Shown here: positions 10,697-23,890 of the stretch, one piece after another
How positions within the stretch are numbered: position 1 is the stretch's first letter
Layout: every line of letters starts with the position of its first letter
From: Octopus sinensis
Taxonomy: Eukaryota
Reading direction: 5' to 3'
Assembly (NCBI RefSeq): GCF_006345805.1
Contig: NC_042997.1
Span: 89,094,001 to 89,158,000, forward strand
Length of the DNA: 64,000 nt
The notes under the pieces: generated by a model
The model's input: the letters and a program-made list of their open reading frames with translations, nothing else
The model's database searches: none
What the model was told of the DNA's origin: nothing
Translations under genes and position numbers: made by a program

Positions 10697-11947
10697 ATAA
10701 GTCATACAAGTTCTGTTCGATTTTACCTATTTTAAAATTGAATAAAATTTAATAGTATTTTAGAATGTCTAATGGAATTAGAAATTAGTTTTATGCATTT
10801 GTCTACATCTAAACTAATTAAATATTATTTTACAGAACAATAGAATTAAAATTTCTTTGATTACAACCCTTTCTAACATGGAAGTATCCAAAGGGCATTT
10901 GAGGCATATATTGCTTTATGAGTACAAAAAAGGAAACTGCAACCGAAGCAACTCGAAACATACACTCAGTTTATGGGAAAGAATGCTTGAATAAAAGAAC
11001 TTGCAGAAGATGGTTTGCAAAATTCAGAAGTGGAGCTTTCAGCCTTGAAAATGAAGATCGAACAGGACGTCCAGTTGAGTTTGATGATAAGTTCCCTGAG
11101 GCATTACTTGAAGAAAATCCTGCATTATCAGTTGAAGAATTGGCAATAAAGCATAGTTCAAACCATACAACTGTTCAGCGTCATATTCAGCAACTTGGAA
11201 AGGCTCCTAAACTTGGAAAACGGGTGCCTCATGAATTGTCTGAAAGCAACCGCAAATCCCAAGTTGACATCTGCTCTTCTCTCAATTCTCGCGAACTCAT
11301 TTCACCCTTTTTGGATAGACTTGTGACTGGTGACGAAAAATTAATCTTCTATTGAAATGCTAAACGTCGTAAATAGTGGCTTGGTAAAAGGGAAAAAGCT
11401 CAACCACAACCGAGAAGGGAACTTCATGGGGGAAAGGTTCTTCTCTCTATCTGGTGAGATTGCAAAGGAGTAATTCACTTTGAATTGTTACCACCTAATG
11501 CAACAATCAATGCTCAAGTCTACTGTCAGCAATTAGAGCGTTTGAACCAGAAAAAAAGACCCGCTTTAGTGAATCAAAAAGGAATAAGCCTACACTGCAA
11601 AGATCACATCACAGAAGATCGAAGAGCTTGGTTGGGAAAAAATTCCTCATCTACCTTATTCTCCCGACCTTGCTCCTTCAGACTACCATTTGTTTCGTAG
11701 TTTACAGAATCATTTGGGAGACATAACTTTCGCAAGCCAGGAGAAGGTCAAAACTGACATTTCAGAGTACTTCGCTTTGAAACCAAAAGAGTTTTACATT
11801 GGTGGGATTAAAAAGCTTGTAAATAGATGGAAGGAAGTCAAAGATAATCAGGGAAAGTACATTGATGATTAGATTTCAATTAAATATAACATTTGATCAC
11901 TTTTCTTCCTCATTTAAAATTCGGACAGAACTTATGGGATGACCTAA
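10697..11947 (+). mobile_element. Mariner transposon (DD34D), full length, inactivated; transposase 10878-11872
   Basis: MEVSKGHLRHILLYEY..., LVTGDEK, PYSPDLAPSDYHLF, ...GKYIDD*. TIRs aagttctgttcgatttt and aaaattcggacagaacttatgggatgacctaa. Several stops and frameshifts. Confidence 0.95.
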
Positions 11948-11999
11948 TATTATCAGCCAGACTATTGGATGTTGTTATACACTACTGATAACAGTGTGC

Positions 12000-12235
12000 T
12001 TCTTGGCATTATTACAGCTTTCGAACGATACTATCTTCCTAGCTAGTCAGGCAGGCCAACATTCTCCAAAGACCGAAAGCCAGTTCGTCGTAGGGTTATA
12101 GACTTACGGCTAAGTGGACTGGAGCAACGTGAAAATGATATGTTTGGCTCCAGATCTCATCACATCGCCTATCTGAATTTCCAAACCACGATCTTGCTAA
12201 CGTGAGTGCAACACCCTAACGACTAGGACTCGCTC
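12000..12235 (-). mobile_element. Degenerate tRNA-derived SINE
   Basis: Similar to the 15255-15540 copy (gagcaggccaacatt, gtgaaataaagtgttttgctc) with a tRNA-like head at the right end. Confidence 0.4.
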
Positions 12236-12579
12236 CTTCACGTAAATCAGAAATTTATTTTTGGCCTCTACATTCATTCATTTATTCAATCCTCATTGTG
12301 CCTTGTGGCACTTGAGGCGACAGCAAGATCATTCCACCTTCTAACACTGGAAGCGTCCTTGACCGCTTGTTCCATAGTTAAGACTATACTTTTAAGACCT
12401 TTTGTTATTGTTCTCCGCCACGTTTCCTTTGGTCAGCCACGTCTTCATTTACATTTACATATGTAAATACATATATAAATACATACACCATAACATACAT
12501 ACACATACACACACACGCACACACAAACGCATACACACATACAGACGAACACACAAAAACACAAATAAACATGCAACAC

Positions 12580-12815
12580 TTACAATCGGATCGAAATCTA
12601 GACTGCTCGATGGTCCCATGTCATTAAGTTAACATGACTTCTCTGAAAATAAGTTTTAACTCTTTATTCTTGCAAGGAGCGTTATCATCCTGAAAAATTA
12701 CTTCGTCGTCACTAGAACTATATTCTATCGATGGAATGAGGAAAATAACCAAAATTGTAATGTACGCCTATATATTGATTGTTGGGGTTATGAATACCAT
12801 TTCCACTGGTCCTTT
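12580..12815 (-). mobile_element. Tc1 transposase fragment
   Basis: Minus translation FLIPSIEYSSSDDEVIFQDDNAPCK (second catalytic D of DD34E); paralog at 23650-23890. Confidence 0.75.
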
Positions 12816-12819
12816 AACA

Positions 12820-13072
12820 CAGGGGTCTCCAACTTCCAGGTCACGGATCATTTGGTAGCGGGCAGCACTGAAAGAATAAGTTTTTTAATTTTATTCCTAT
12901 TTCATTGACTGTCGCGGTTTGCGGGATGTTTTGCGTAATATATGTATTATGTATACAATAATTAAATTATATAGTATGCACTTTATTGTATTTTGTTATG
13001 CGCGTGATTCGCTGTGGAAATATTGTCTGGCAAGAAAGTGATCCCTGATGCAAAAAAGATTAGAGACAGCTG
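12820..13072 (+). mobile_element. hAT-type MITE
   Basis: TIRs caggggtctccaac and gattagagacagctg; decayed 8-bp TSD ctttaaca / cttcaact. Confidence 0.75.
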
Positions 13073-14230
13073 CTTCAACTGACGTACAACTACGGTAGTG
13101 GTTAAATAATATTCTTAAGCCTGTAATTTACTCACACGCAGCATCTTTCAGAGCTTGTCGCTATTTCAGTTCTTCACCAAATTGAAAACTGTTAACATTT
13201 TTTAAAAGGACTGGTTCCTAGCTACATTTTGGCTTAAAAAATTGAAATTTGATCCAATAGAAATAAGTTTACATCAAAATTTATAGTAACGTTATAGGAG
13301 AGTAAGTAACGCCACCAATCGAGTTTAGATCTAAATAACCTCTTTATTTTAAAAGCAAAATATGTTTATCTTAGCTTCAATGATAGAAGAAAGCATGAAG
13401 AATTTCATTTTTACTTAAAATATTGCAGCTAAGGATAAAATTTGAATATTAAAAGTTATTTGATTTTAATTTACAAAGTAACATTTTAATTTAAAAGGTA
13501 CCATCATTTCAGTAAAATATTGACACACTAGAATACTTAAAAAATGAGAGCCAGAAGTACCAATATAGCTAAAGCTTTATACAAAGTAGAATAATATATA
13601 TGGTAGGCAAATTCATTACGTAAAAAATAGGCATTGGGTCAAGACTAAAAACGTGAAGACTTGGCAATAACTCAAGCAAAATTTACTGTTAATTTGTTGT
13701 TATAGGTAGATTTTACTGTAATATATAACTAATTTTTGTATTATTCTATTTAATGTACTAACTAATTATGTACTATTATTATTTTTCATAACCTATTTTC
13801 AAATTTCTAATTATTAATTAATAATTTTTAAAAATGGATTTTTTTAAAGTGCAAAAAATATTTTAATTGAGTAATTTTATATTTTTAATAGAAGTAACAA
13901 GTAATAAGAAATAGAAGTAATAACTCGTAATAAAATATTTAGTTTTAATAAAAGCTAATATTTTCTAAATCTAAATATTTTATTTGAAATTTTATCTTTA
14001 GCTGCTATATTTTAAGTAAAAAAATTTTTGTTCTGTACTTTACCAGATGTAATAAGCTGTCCTGAACTTTTCCAAGTGTAATAACTTATCCTGTAAATTT
14101 CCAGGTTTATAATCTTTAAAATATTATTTCTCTTGCTCGCATTTTTCCATTTAATTATAAACGAGGCGAGCAATATTTCAATTTTTCCGAGTTGTTTCAA
14201 GAAGTCTGAATATTCAGCTACTAAAATATA

Positions 14231-14545
14231 TACAGTGATTAGAGCGTCGGTCTCACAATCATGAGGTAGTGAGTTCGATTCCCGCACCGGGCTATGTGTT
14301 GTGTTCTTGAGTAAGACACTTAATTTCACGTTGCCCGAGTTCACTCAGCTGCAGAAATAAGTTGCGACGTCACTGGCGTACTGGCCTTTGCCTTACCCTT
14401 GGATAATATTGGTGGTACGGAGATGAGAGGCTGATATGTATAAGCGACTGCTGGCCTTCCATAAACAACCTTGCCCGGACTTGTGCCTCGGAGGGTAACT
14501 TTCCAGGTGCAATCCCATGGTCATTCATAACCGATGAGGACTTTA
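14231..14545 (+). mobile_element. tRNA-derived SINE with central conserved domain
   Basis: B-box-like gagttcgattccc, then gtgttcttgagtaagacact...; interrupts the sequence shared with 22150-22860. Confidence 0.7.
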
Positions 14546-15254
14546 CTTTTACTGTCATGTCTGTGATTTGTTCATCTGCAATGAAGTAACAGTATTTAGC
14601 AAAGGTCCAAATCACTTATTTTTGCCTATAAAGGTTTCTCATTATCAAGCAGTTATGGTAATAAACCTTACCATGTTTACTTATGTGATTCTTGCGCTAA
14701 GCATAATAGTAGTTAGCAATTGCATATATAAAACAGTTTCGTCATACAGACCTCTCTTTCCCTTTCTCTTTTACTTGTTTCAGTCTTTTGACTGTGGCTA
14801 TGCTGGAGCACCGCCTTTAGTCGAGCAAATTGACCATTATGCAGTTTTAGTTATCTCATAGAATTTCTAAAACTATGTCGTTATGTCTATTTATAACTTC
14901 GCCCCTATATATTTTATAGTTATGTCATGATTCTATAATAAGGCGGATAAAGGTCGCCTTCAAATAAACTTTGCTTCTATTAATAAGTTAGATAGGTGCA
15001 GCTCTCTTCCCCTTCCAAATGTCACGCCTGTGATGTTCTACTAAATAAGGGTGCGAGAACTGAGAGGTCATCTGCCTCTGGTTCTGATTACATGAGCGCC
15101 TAAAACAGAAGCGAAGGAATAATGCACGCTGCTACGAAGTCATACTTGATTAGGAAATATGTTACTTGTCACAATAATTTCGATAGCTACGCCACTGTAT
15201 ATCCTGTTACTAATTTACTATATATCTTATCGCCTAAACGCTAACTTATGGCTC

Positions 15255-15540
15255 CTATATATATCACGTCACGTGATCACTTGACCGACCGGGCTATCAG
15301 ATTTTGTATCACATCGCTGGTCACAATGCGTGTTTGTTTTGCATTGTTTTAGCCTTCAAATGACGCCACTCCACTGGTTAGGCGAGCAGGCCAACATTTC
15401 CCTCTGATCGAAAGGGGGACTGGATCCAGGTGAAATAAAGTGTTTTGCTCCAGAACACAACGCGCCGCCCAATCAGGAAATCGAACACACGGTCTAATAA
15501 TCGTGACTGCATCAGCCTAATCACTAGGGCACGTGCCTTC
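15255..15540 (-). mobile_element. tRNA-derived SINE
   Basis: Minus-strand head ggcacgtgccctagtgattagg...gtgttcgatttcc. Confidence 0.65.
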
Positions 15541-15541
15541 A

Positions 15542-15575
<34 letters not shown>

Positions 15576-15625
15576 CGGTGTCCTGTACCCATATATGCAT
15601 GTATATATACATATACATGTAGGTA

Positions 15626-15685
<60 letters not shown>

Positions 15686-15772
15686 TATATGCATATATTT
15701 ATATATTATTTATATTATTATATGATCGAACGCCACGCATCCTTTTCAAAATAAGTTTTATATATATATATA

Positions 15773-16963
15773 CAGACATGCAGGAAGTAAATAGACACAT
15801 TTAATTTTCAAAATCTTTTATTTAATACGCAAAGCAAACAATTGAAATGTAATCGATAGGTAGGACTACAGTTTTTAATTCAGAAACTCTTTTTAGCATT
15901 TAACTGATGAGCTTTGTGATTGTCTCTTGTGGAATTTTTGCCCACTTTTCACGTAACAATCGAAACAATTCATTCAGGTTTCTGTCGAGTTTTTAGCATA
16001 GCTCTATCTAGTACGCTCCAAAGATTTTCGATTGGGTTCTTGCGAGGAGATTGGCTCGGCCAAGGAAGCTTTTTGATCCCATTTTCAGTCAGCCGTTGTT
16101 GATTCCTTTACACTGTGTGGCATGGAGCCACATCTTCCATAAATAAAAACTCATTTTTCGTTATGTTATTGTGTGAATACATTGGAAGTAGTCCTTGCTT
16201 AAGTATTTCGATGTATTTTTCAGAGTTTATACTCCCAACACATTCGATCGATCAGCTCACCGTACCATTCACAGTTGGTTGGAGTCGATTCAAATCAAAT
16301 TCTTGATTGGGAAGCCTCCAGACCCAAACACGTCCACTGTCTGAAAATAATGCAAATCTGGATTCATCTGAGATAATCACTCTATCTCAAAATGAACTGG
16401 ATTTTTCTGACATCTCCTTAGCCCATTTCTTTCTTTTGATGATATTAATTGGTTGAAAGAGAGGTTTTCTTCTAGCTGCTCGTCCATAATACCCAAGCTT
16501 ATGCAGATATGTGACACACGTTCTTGGACTAACTTCTAGCTGTCTTGCAATGTCAGAAGCCTTCGAACGGGGTTCGTTTTCTACAATTCTCTTCAAACAG
16601 CGAAGCTTCCTTTCCAAGGCCCCAGGTCGGCCGGGACGAGAATCTGTTGATTCTTTTCCTTGGCTTTTGAATTGCACAATAATTCTATTAACAGTAGCAA
16701 GAGGAATTTGAAGATTTTCGACAATTTTTCGCTGGCTAAGACCAGCCTCAGATTGTCCAACAATACATCTTCTTTGAAAATCTGACAGTTCTGCTAAATT
16801 TTTTGTGCGTGGCATGGTTACTCTTCGCAAATGTTTAATATAATAACATCTGGAACGAAAAAGAATAATTACATTGTAAATTCTACACCGCTGAAAACAT
16901 ATTAAGACGCTTAGATTAGAAATTTTGAAAATTAAAGGTGCCTATTTACTTCCTGCATGTCTG
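15773..16963 (-). mobile_element. Tc1 transposon (DD34E), inactivated; transposase starts at 16815
   Basis: About 40-bp TIRs cagacatgcaggaagtaaata with TA TSDs at 15771-72 and 16964-65. [20 protein letters not shown]..., [30 protein letters not shown]. Confidence 0.95.
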
Positions 16964-17578
16964 TATTTATATATTGTCACAATATATGGATTCAAGTAAT
17001 CTGGCAGAACTCATTAAAAAAACTCCTTAATGTATCGTTCTACATAACATATAGAATATAGTACAATTCAAAAGAAAACGATAAGGAGTGTATAAAGTTA
17101 TAAATCGCAGAGAAATAGTATGATGAAAATTTATCTAACAATAAGAAATTTCAAATATCAGGATAAATTGTTTTGTAACTTAAAGCATGTGAATATAATT
17201 TATGTTATTATATTTAATAATATATAAATTACTTACTTGTTTGCATCAATGCAAAATGCAAAAAATCTTTTATATACAATGCAGAAATTAAGCTACGTCT
17301 TCGGGTGAAAGAAAGTCTTTGTTAAATACTAAATTGTCGAACGCAGATAATGAAAAACAATAATAATATTGCTATAAAATAATTAGACGATTGTTTAATA
17401 AATGGAAGGGAATTTTAGTAATATAATTAAAAAGTAACTAGTAGATTTTATTAGTATAATAAAAGAAAAGAGGTATATTTATTACTAAAAATCTAATTAT
17501 TGTGACGTAAAGTATCTAAATTTCTATTAATCATAACGTAGAATTTTTCTCTTTATATTTTTTAGTTTAGTTATACGG

Positions 17579-17787
17579 TGACGTCACCAAATAATATTTA
17601 AAAATAGTCTTTTTGAGATTATTTTTCTATGTAGATTTCTAATTGTCATAATGTATAATTCTTATGTTTGTTTTTTTATTTTTATTTCATCATCCACTGA
17701 CGTCACCAATAGCTGAATGACTTATTTTTCATTTTATCTTCATAAAACATCTTTATAAAACATCTTTGTTATCCAATGACGTCACCA
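17579..17787 (+). promoter_or_regulatory. Three copies of TGACGTCACCA (CRE palindrome) in AT-rich DNA
   Basis: TGACGTCA at 17579, 17698 and 17777, each followed by CCA. Confidence 0.35.
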
Positions 17788-17989
17788 TTAGTTAAATGAA
17801 GGAATGTCTTTGGTTGAATTCAGTTTAGGTATTCTTTTTGTTAGCGCTTATAAACTGAATTTTCCAGATGTTCAGTTGGAATTTCACTAATTTTGGATAG
17901 CCTTGATAACGTTGAATTAACATACATTTTTGAAAATATTAATATTGGTCTTAATTATATTTTCTAATATATATGTATATATATGTATG

Positions 17990-19100
17990 TATATATATAT
18001 AGTTGAAGCAGGTGGGGTAGGGGTAGGGTATATGGAGTGGGGTGTGAAGATTGGGTGGGGTATGTGAAAGTGGAATGTGTTGGATGGGGTGGGGTGGAAT
18101 GGGATGCATAGGGATGGTAGGGTGGAATGGGATGCATAGGAATGGTGGGTGGGAATGTGTAGGAGATGGGTAATGATGGAAGGGGAAGATGAAGGGAGAG
18201 GAGAGAGGAGGGATTAAATGAAGAGGGATAGGAGAGTTGAGCCCATGTGGCGGAAAGGAGCGAAGAGAGAAGATTAATTCCTTTTCACGGCGAAGACGGG
18301 AGTCCGGATGGCTCCTGTGCAAGGACAATCCGAATACAGACAGATGTTGTAAAAAGTGGCCGGTAGAGCGGAAATGGCGCGAGACCGGGCTGTCGTTGCC
18401 GAGTCTGATGTTTCGTAGATGTTCCGCTAACCGGTCAGCCGAGCGGCGTCCCGTTTGACCGATGTACAGAGAAGGACAGAGAGAGCAGGAGATGCAGTAG
18501 ATGACGTTGCTAGAAGTGCAGTGGAAGGAGTCATTGATATGATAGGGTCGATGATGGATACCGGTGAAGATGGTGGTGTTGGAGAGATAAGGGCAAGTGC
18601 GGCAGCGAGGGTTGGAGCAGGGGAACGAGCCAAGTTGGGAGGTTGGGTTAGGGAAGAAACTGTGGGCCAGGAGGTCATGTAGGTTGTGGGCTCATTTGAA
18701 GGAAGGGACGGGTCAATTAGGGAAGAAGTGCGAAGTGGAGGGGTCGGACTGGAGTCGCTGGATGGCTTGAAGAATGGTGCGTTGGAGAGGTATGGTGGAG
18801 AGGTGGTAAATGAGGGGAAACGGGCGACGGCGGGGCGGGTGCATGGGTAGAGAGCAGATGTACGTTCCACGAAAGTACTCTGGCAAGGGCGGTGTGGATA
18901 GTGGTGAGGGAATATCCACGTAGGATGAAGTGGCGAGCCATGATTTGAGACTGAGTCTCAAAGTCATGGTTGTCACTGCAGAGCCTGCGCAAACGTAGAA
19001 ATTGGGAATAGGGGATGGAGAGCTTGGTGCCTTAAGGGTGGGAAGAGAAATTGAGGTATGAGTGTGAGTCTGTATGTTTGTAGTGGATGGAAGTGGTGAG
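17990..19100 (-). mobile_element. Penelope-like element 3' fragment (RT thumb plus GIY-YIG), frameshifted, flanked by (TA)n
   Basis: Minus translations [57 protein letters not shown]...H, RREKELIFSLRSFPPHGLN. Confidence 0.92.
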
Positions 19101-19116
19101 AGTGGAGTGATGAATG

Positions 19117-19198
<82 letters not shown>

Positions 19199-19250
19199 CA
19201 TATATATACACACCTACACATACATATATATATATGTGTGTGTGTATATA

Positions 19251-19283
<33 letters not shown>

Positions 19284-19371
19284 GTGTGTGTATGTGTGTG
19301 TGTCTGCGTGCGTGTGTGTGTATGTGTGTGTGCGTGCGTGTGTGTGTGTGTAGTTTAGGACAATCTGTAAG

Positions 19372-19446
19372 TTATCATAATAGGACTCAGAGTTTCAAAT
19401 TCCGGAGCCAAGAGCCACGATGCATTCTCATCGGCTATTATGACAA
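19372..19446 (-). ncRNA. Type-I hammerhead ribozyme, CCGAUGA core variant
   Basis: UUGUCAUAAUAG-CCGAUGA-GAAUG..GAAUUU-GAAA-CUCUGAG-UC|CUAUUAUGAUAA; 12-bp stem I and GUC cleavage triplet (19386-19384). Confidence 0.8.
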
Positions 19447-19888
19447 TAAATGCTATAAAAAAACCGTTGGACCATACGTACACACTCACACAAACATGTA
19501 TATATACATGCCCATACACACACAAACATATATGTGCATTTGCGTACTCATACACATATCTACACACGCGCATACATACATATATATATATATAATATGT
19601 ATATATATATATATACATATATATATACATGTGTATATGTATATATGCACACAACTTCATACTCGTATACACATAGGTGTATGTTTACATATATATTAGC
19701 CATTTATACATATAAATATACGCATACATATACATAAGCATATACATATATACATACTCATAGAGGCATACATTCACACACACCGCATATATAAATATAC
19801 ATATATGTATAAATGTCTAATATATATGTAAACATATACCTATGTGTATATGAGGATGAAGTTGCGTGCATATATAGGTGTAAATATA

Positions 19889-19996
<108 letters not shown>

Positions 19997-20240
19997 CATA
20001 TATATGCCTGTGTGTGTGGATATGTGTATGCGTACGTAAATGCAAATATATGTTTGTGTATGTATGGGCATGTATATATACATGTTTTTGTGAGTGTGTA
20101 CGTATGTAGACGTTATGAACGCAGGAGGTTTGTATGTATTGTGAGAATATGGTTGCGTGTATATTTTTATCTTTGATATTTTTTCCTACTTATTAGAGTA
20201 GCTTCACTTCTATTTAACTCTTTTTTATATAGCGTCTATT

Positions 20241-20311
20241 GTCATAACAGCCGATGAGAATGCATCATAGCTCTTGGCTCCGGCATTTGAAACTCTGAGT
20301 CCTATCATGAC
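20241..20311 (+). ncRNA. Type-I hammerhead ribozyme, CCGAUGA core variant
   Basis: GUCAUAACAG-CCGAUGA-GAAUGC..GCAUUU-GAAA-CUCUGAG-UC|CUAUCAUGAC; cleavage predicted after 20301. Confidence 0.8.
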
Positions 20312-20394
20312 TTACTGATTGTCCTAAACTATACAATTATATAAATTCCTCTATTTACCTAATATCGAGGTCTCATTTTGTGTTGCCATTTTTA

Positions 20395-20403
20395 TTATTA
20401 TTA

Positions 20404-20468
<65 letters not shown>

Positions 20469-21022
20469 GAGTGAGAGAGCAGTGCATGCCATCAAAGTGA
20501 CACTGGGGTAAAATATACGAAGCCCAGTATACCCATCATGACTACCCGTCTGATAAGGATATACTAGGCACATGCATCACAACCATATGTGCGCCGCATG
20601 GTGATCTCATATCAAGATAAACAGCACATGACCTTGCAGGTGGGGCCCAGTTAGAATTTTCTCCTGGTCGAGTAACCCATCCTGCTCAAAAGATCTCTGA
20701 ATAAGAGTTGTTTAAGGATGTTGAACGAAACACCTATGATTCCAGAGGTGAATTAGTCAAACCCCAAAGAATCCCTCTCAACACATGGCTATGATGCTCG
20801 CCCACTACTTCTGCTCGTGATCAGAGATGCACATATTGTCAGCCAGTAAGGGACATGCTCAACTGGTTACTGTATAACAACTGACAAGCAAATATGTGGT
20901 ATAGAGCAGAATATTTGCTGTAGCCCATCTTTTATACCAAGACAAAACAATGTACATGATAACACTGCCAATCAGTTAAGATCAGAAGCCACGAGAGCCA
21001 CTGCCTAGTACTGCATCGGGGC

Positions 21023-21027
<5 letters not shown>
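20395..21027 (-). mobile_element. Non-LTR retroelement 3' fragment or SINE ending in (AAT)n
   Basis: Minus strand ends ...ctctctcactc(aat)n; a second partial copy lies at ~62970-63150. Confidence 0.6.
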
Positions 21028-21084
<57 letters not shown>

Positions 21085-21399
21085 GTGTGTGTGTGTTAAT
21101 GCAATTGAAACAATTGTTGGGTTTATAAGGTGAGATCTAAAATGAAGATATAATTTTCTCTGCGCGTAGTTTTTGTTTTTAAATACTCTGGATTTCTCGA
21201 AATTCTGCAAATGAATAGTTGGATTTACCTGTCATGTATGGGGATATACGTGGGATATGTATTCTGCCTACATTTACTGGTGTCTTTGTTGAACATTTAA
21301 ACCAAATCCTTTTACTACTGAGTGCTTTATTGATATCTACTCGGATTTTTAATCCCATTTTTCTTATGTACATGTGTGTGTACGCGCGCTCGCGTGTCT

Positions 21400-21590
21400 G
21401 TGTGTTTAAGGCGAGATGGCAGAATTGTTAGAATGCCGGAGGAAAATTCTTAGTAGCATTTCGTCCTGAGATCAAATTTCCCCGAGCACGACTTTGCCTT
21501 TCATCTTTTTGGGGTCGATAAAATAAGAACCAGCTGATCTCTAGGATCGATTTAATTGATTTAGCCCCCTCCCCCGAAATTGATGGCCGT
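21400..21590 (+). mobile_element. SINE family B copy
   Basis: aaggcgagatggcagaattgttag...gactttgcctttcatcttttggggtcgataaaataag. Confidence 0.8.
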
Positions 21591-21768
21591 ATTTGATTGC
21601 TGAGTAAGTGCTATGGATAGACTATAGTTAAGCTCCAGGTTCGGTGATTATGCGAATGAAGAGTCCAACGTAGGTTATATATCAGCATGCATATATATAA
21701 AAAGAATTTAACAGAATGAGATAAAAATCCAAGGCTGTGAACGATTTCAGATCATTTATAAAGAGATG

Positions 21769-21818
21769 GTCTTACAGCTGTTTCCGAGATATTTTATATA
21801 TATCCCTTCATCGGAGAC
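21769..21818 (-). ncRNA. Type-I minimal hammerhead ribozyme, CCGAUGA core
   Basis: GUCU-CCGAUGA-AGGGAUAU[auauaaa]AUAUCUCG-GAAA-CAGCUG-UA|AGAC; palindromic helix III ACAGCUGU. Confidence 0.75.
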
Positions 21819-22859
21819 GGTGCGAGAAAATGGTTAAGCAATAGTCATTCTAGAGAAGATATGAAATAGAGACTGAAATGGAGGAATTAAATCAGACGTG
21901 AGATATGGAGGGATATCCAATAACACGGTTTACAAACTCTATTCTTGGAATGACCAATTTTAAACACTATTGGAACTTACACACAGGGTACAGGAAACTT
22001 ATATGTATCCTATTCTGCTTAAATAATGGAACTGCAGATAAAATATCCCTGCATATATACCATGGCCAACTCTCAGCGCTGTCTTCTGGATTGATGGATG
22101 CATGCATTTCGAAGTAGTTATCTTCTTATCACCATCAAACACCATAATAACAAGATATATAGTTGCGTAGCTATCGAAATTATTGTGACAACATATTTCC
22201 TATTCAAATATGGACTTCATAGCAGTGTAGACTATCCTTTCACTTCTGTTTTAGGAGCTCATGTAATCAGAACCAGAGGCAGACGCCCTCTCAATTCTCG
22301 CACCCTTATTTAGTAGAACATCAAAGGCGTGACATTTGGAAGGGGAAGAGAGCTGCACCTATCTAACCTACTAATAGAAGCGAGGTTTATTTGAAGGCGA
22401 CCTTTATCCGCCTTATTACGGAACCATGACATAACTATAAAATATATTGGGGCGAAGTTACAAATCAATTAAAACCGTTACAGATAAAACGAATAGTTTT
22501 AGTAATTCTATGAAATAAGTAAAAATGCATAATGACATATTCACAACTTATATTGCGATTCAAATCATCAAAATTTGAAATATAGTTAATGGTTTGTAAG
22601 ACGAAACTGTTTTACATATGCAATTGCTAACTACTATTATGTTTAGAGCAAGAATCACATAAGTAAACATAGTAAGGTTTATTACCATAACTGCTTGATA
22701 ATGAGTAAATTTTATAGGCAAAGTTATGTAATTCGGATCCTTGCTAAATACTTTTACTTCATTGCAGATGAACAAATCACAGATATGACAGTAGCTGATA
22801 TATATTTTATCAGCTGAATATTTTGACTTCCTGAAACAACGCGAACAAATTAAAATATT

Positions 22860-23324
22860 TATTTCTTTATTGCCCACATGGGGGCTAAACATTGAGGCGA
22901 CAAACAAAGGGTTTAATTCGATTACATCGACCCCAGTGCGTAACTGGTACTTATTTAATCGACCCCGAAAGGATGAAAGTCAAAGTTGACCTCGGCAGAA
23001 TTTGAACTCAGAACGTAGCGGCAGACGAAATACCTATTTCTTTACTACCCACAAGGGGCTTAACACAGAGAGGACAAACAAGGACAGACAGATGGATTAA
23101 GTCGATTACATCGACCCCAGTGCATAACTGGTACTTATTTAATCGACCCCGAAAGGATGAAAGGCAAAGTCGACCTCGGCAGGATTTGAACTCAGAACGT
23201 AGCGGTAGACGAAATACCGCTAAGTATTTTGCCCGGCGTGCACACAATTCTGCCAGCTCGCCGCCTTTTTGCCAGCTCGTCGCCTTTTTGCCAACTCGCC
23301 GCCTTTTTGCCAGCTCGCTGCCCT
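22860..23324 (-). mobile_element. SINE family B dimeric array with a 19-bp head motif repeated four times and a 16-bp TSD
   Basis: TSD aacaaattaaaatatt at 22844-22859 and 23325-23340; two body+tail units. Confidence 0.9.
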
Positions 23325-23373
23325 AACAAATTAAAATATTAACCTCCTCTTTTCTGTTGTACCTCAGTTAAAG

Positions 23374-23645
23374 TGACAGTCCGCAATCTTTTTGACATCA
23401 CGGATTTCTTTCTTGCAAGACAATAATATTTCCACAGATCGCACGCGTAACAAAACACAATAAAGTGCACAATATATAACTTAATTACTATATACATGAT
23501 ACATATATAATTGCAAAACACCACGCAGACTGCGATAGTCAGTAAAATGGAAATATAATTTAAAAACTTATTCTATCTGTGTTGCCCGTTAGCATATTAT
23601 CCACGACCCAGTACTGATTCGTGGCCAGGTTGTTGCGGACCCCTG
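23374..23645 (-). mobile_element. hAT MITE (paralog of 12820-13072)
   Basis: Whole-length similarity to 12820-13072 in opposite orientation; decayed TSD agttaaag / aattaagg. Confidence 0.7.
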
Positions 23646-23649
23646 AATT

Positions 23650-23890
23650 AAGGGACTAGAGGAAGTGGGATTCATCACCTCAACAGTCAACTTACAAAGT
23701 GTACGTTAGAATTCTCGATGCTTCAACCATTTTATCGATGGAAAATAGGTCTGGTGACGACAAAGTCACTTTTCAGGATGATAATGTACCTTGCAAGAGT
23801 AAAATGAGTTAAAACTTATCTTCAGGTATGTCATATTAACTCATTGATATATGGCCAGCAAACGATCTAATCCTAAATCCGATTGGAAGT
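23650..23890 (+). mobile_element. Tc1 transposase fragment
   Basis: VYVRILDAS...GDDKVTFQDDNVPCK...WPANDLILNPI. Confidence 0.75.

Noticed and set aside
15904-15910. CUGAUGA motifs here and at 34777 and ~41197
   Set aside because: No stem II/GAAA/NUH arrangement; the 15904 motif is inside Tc1 coding sequence.
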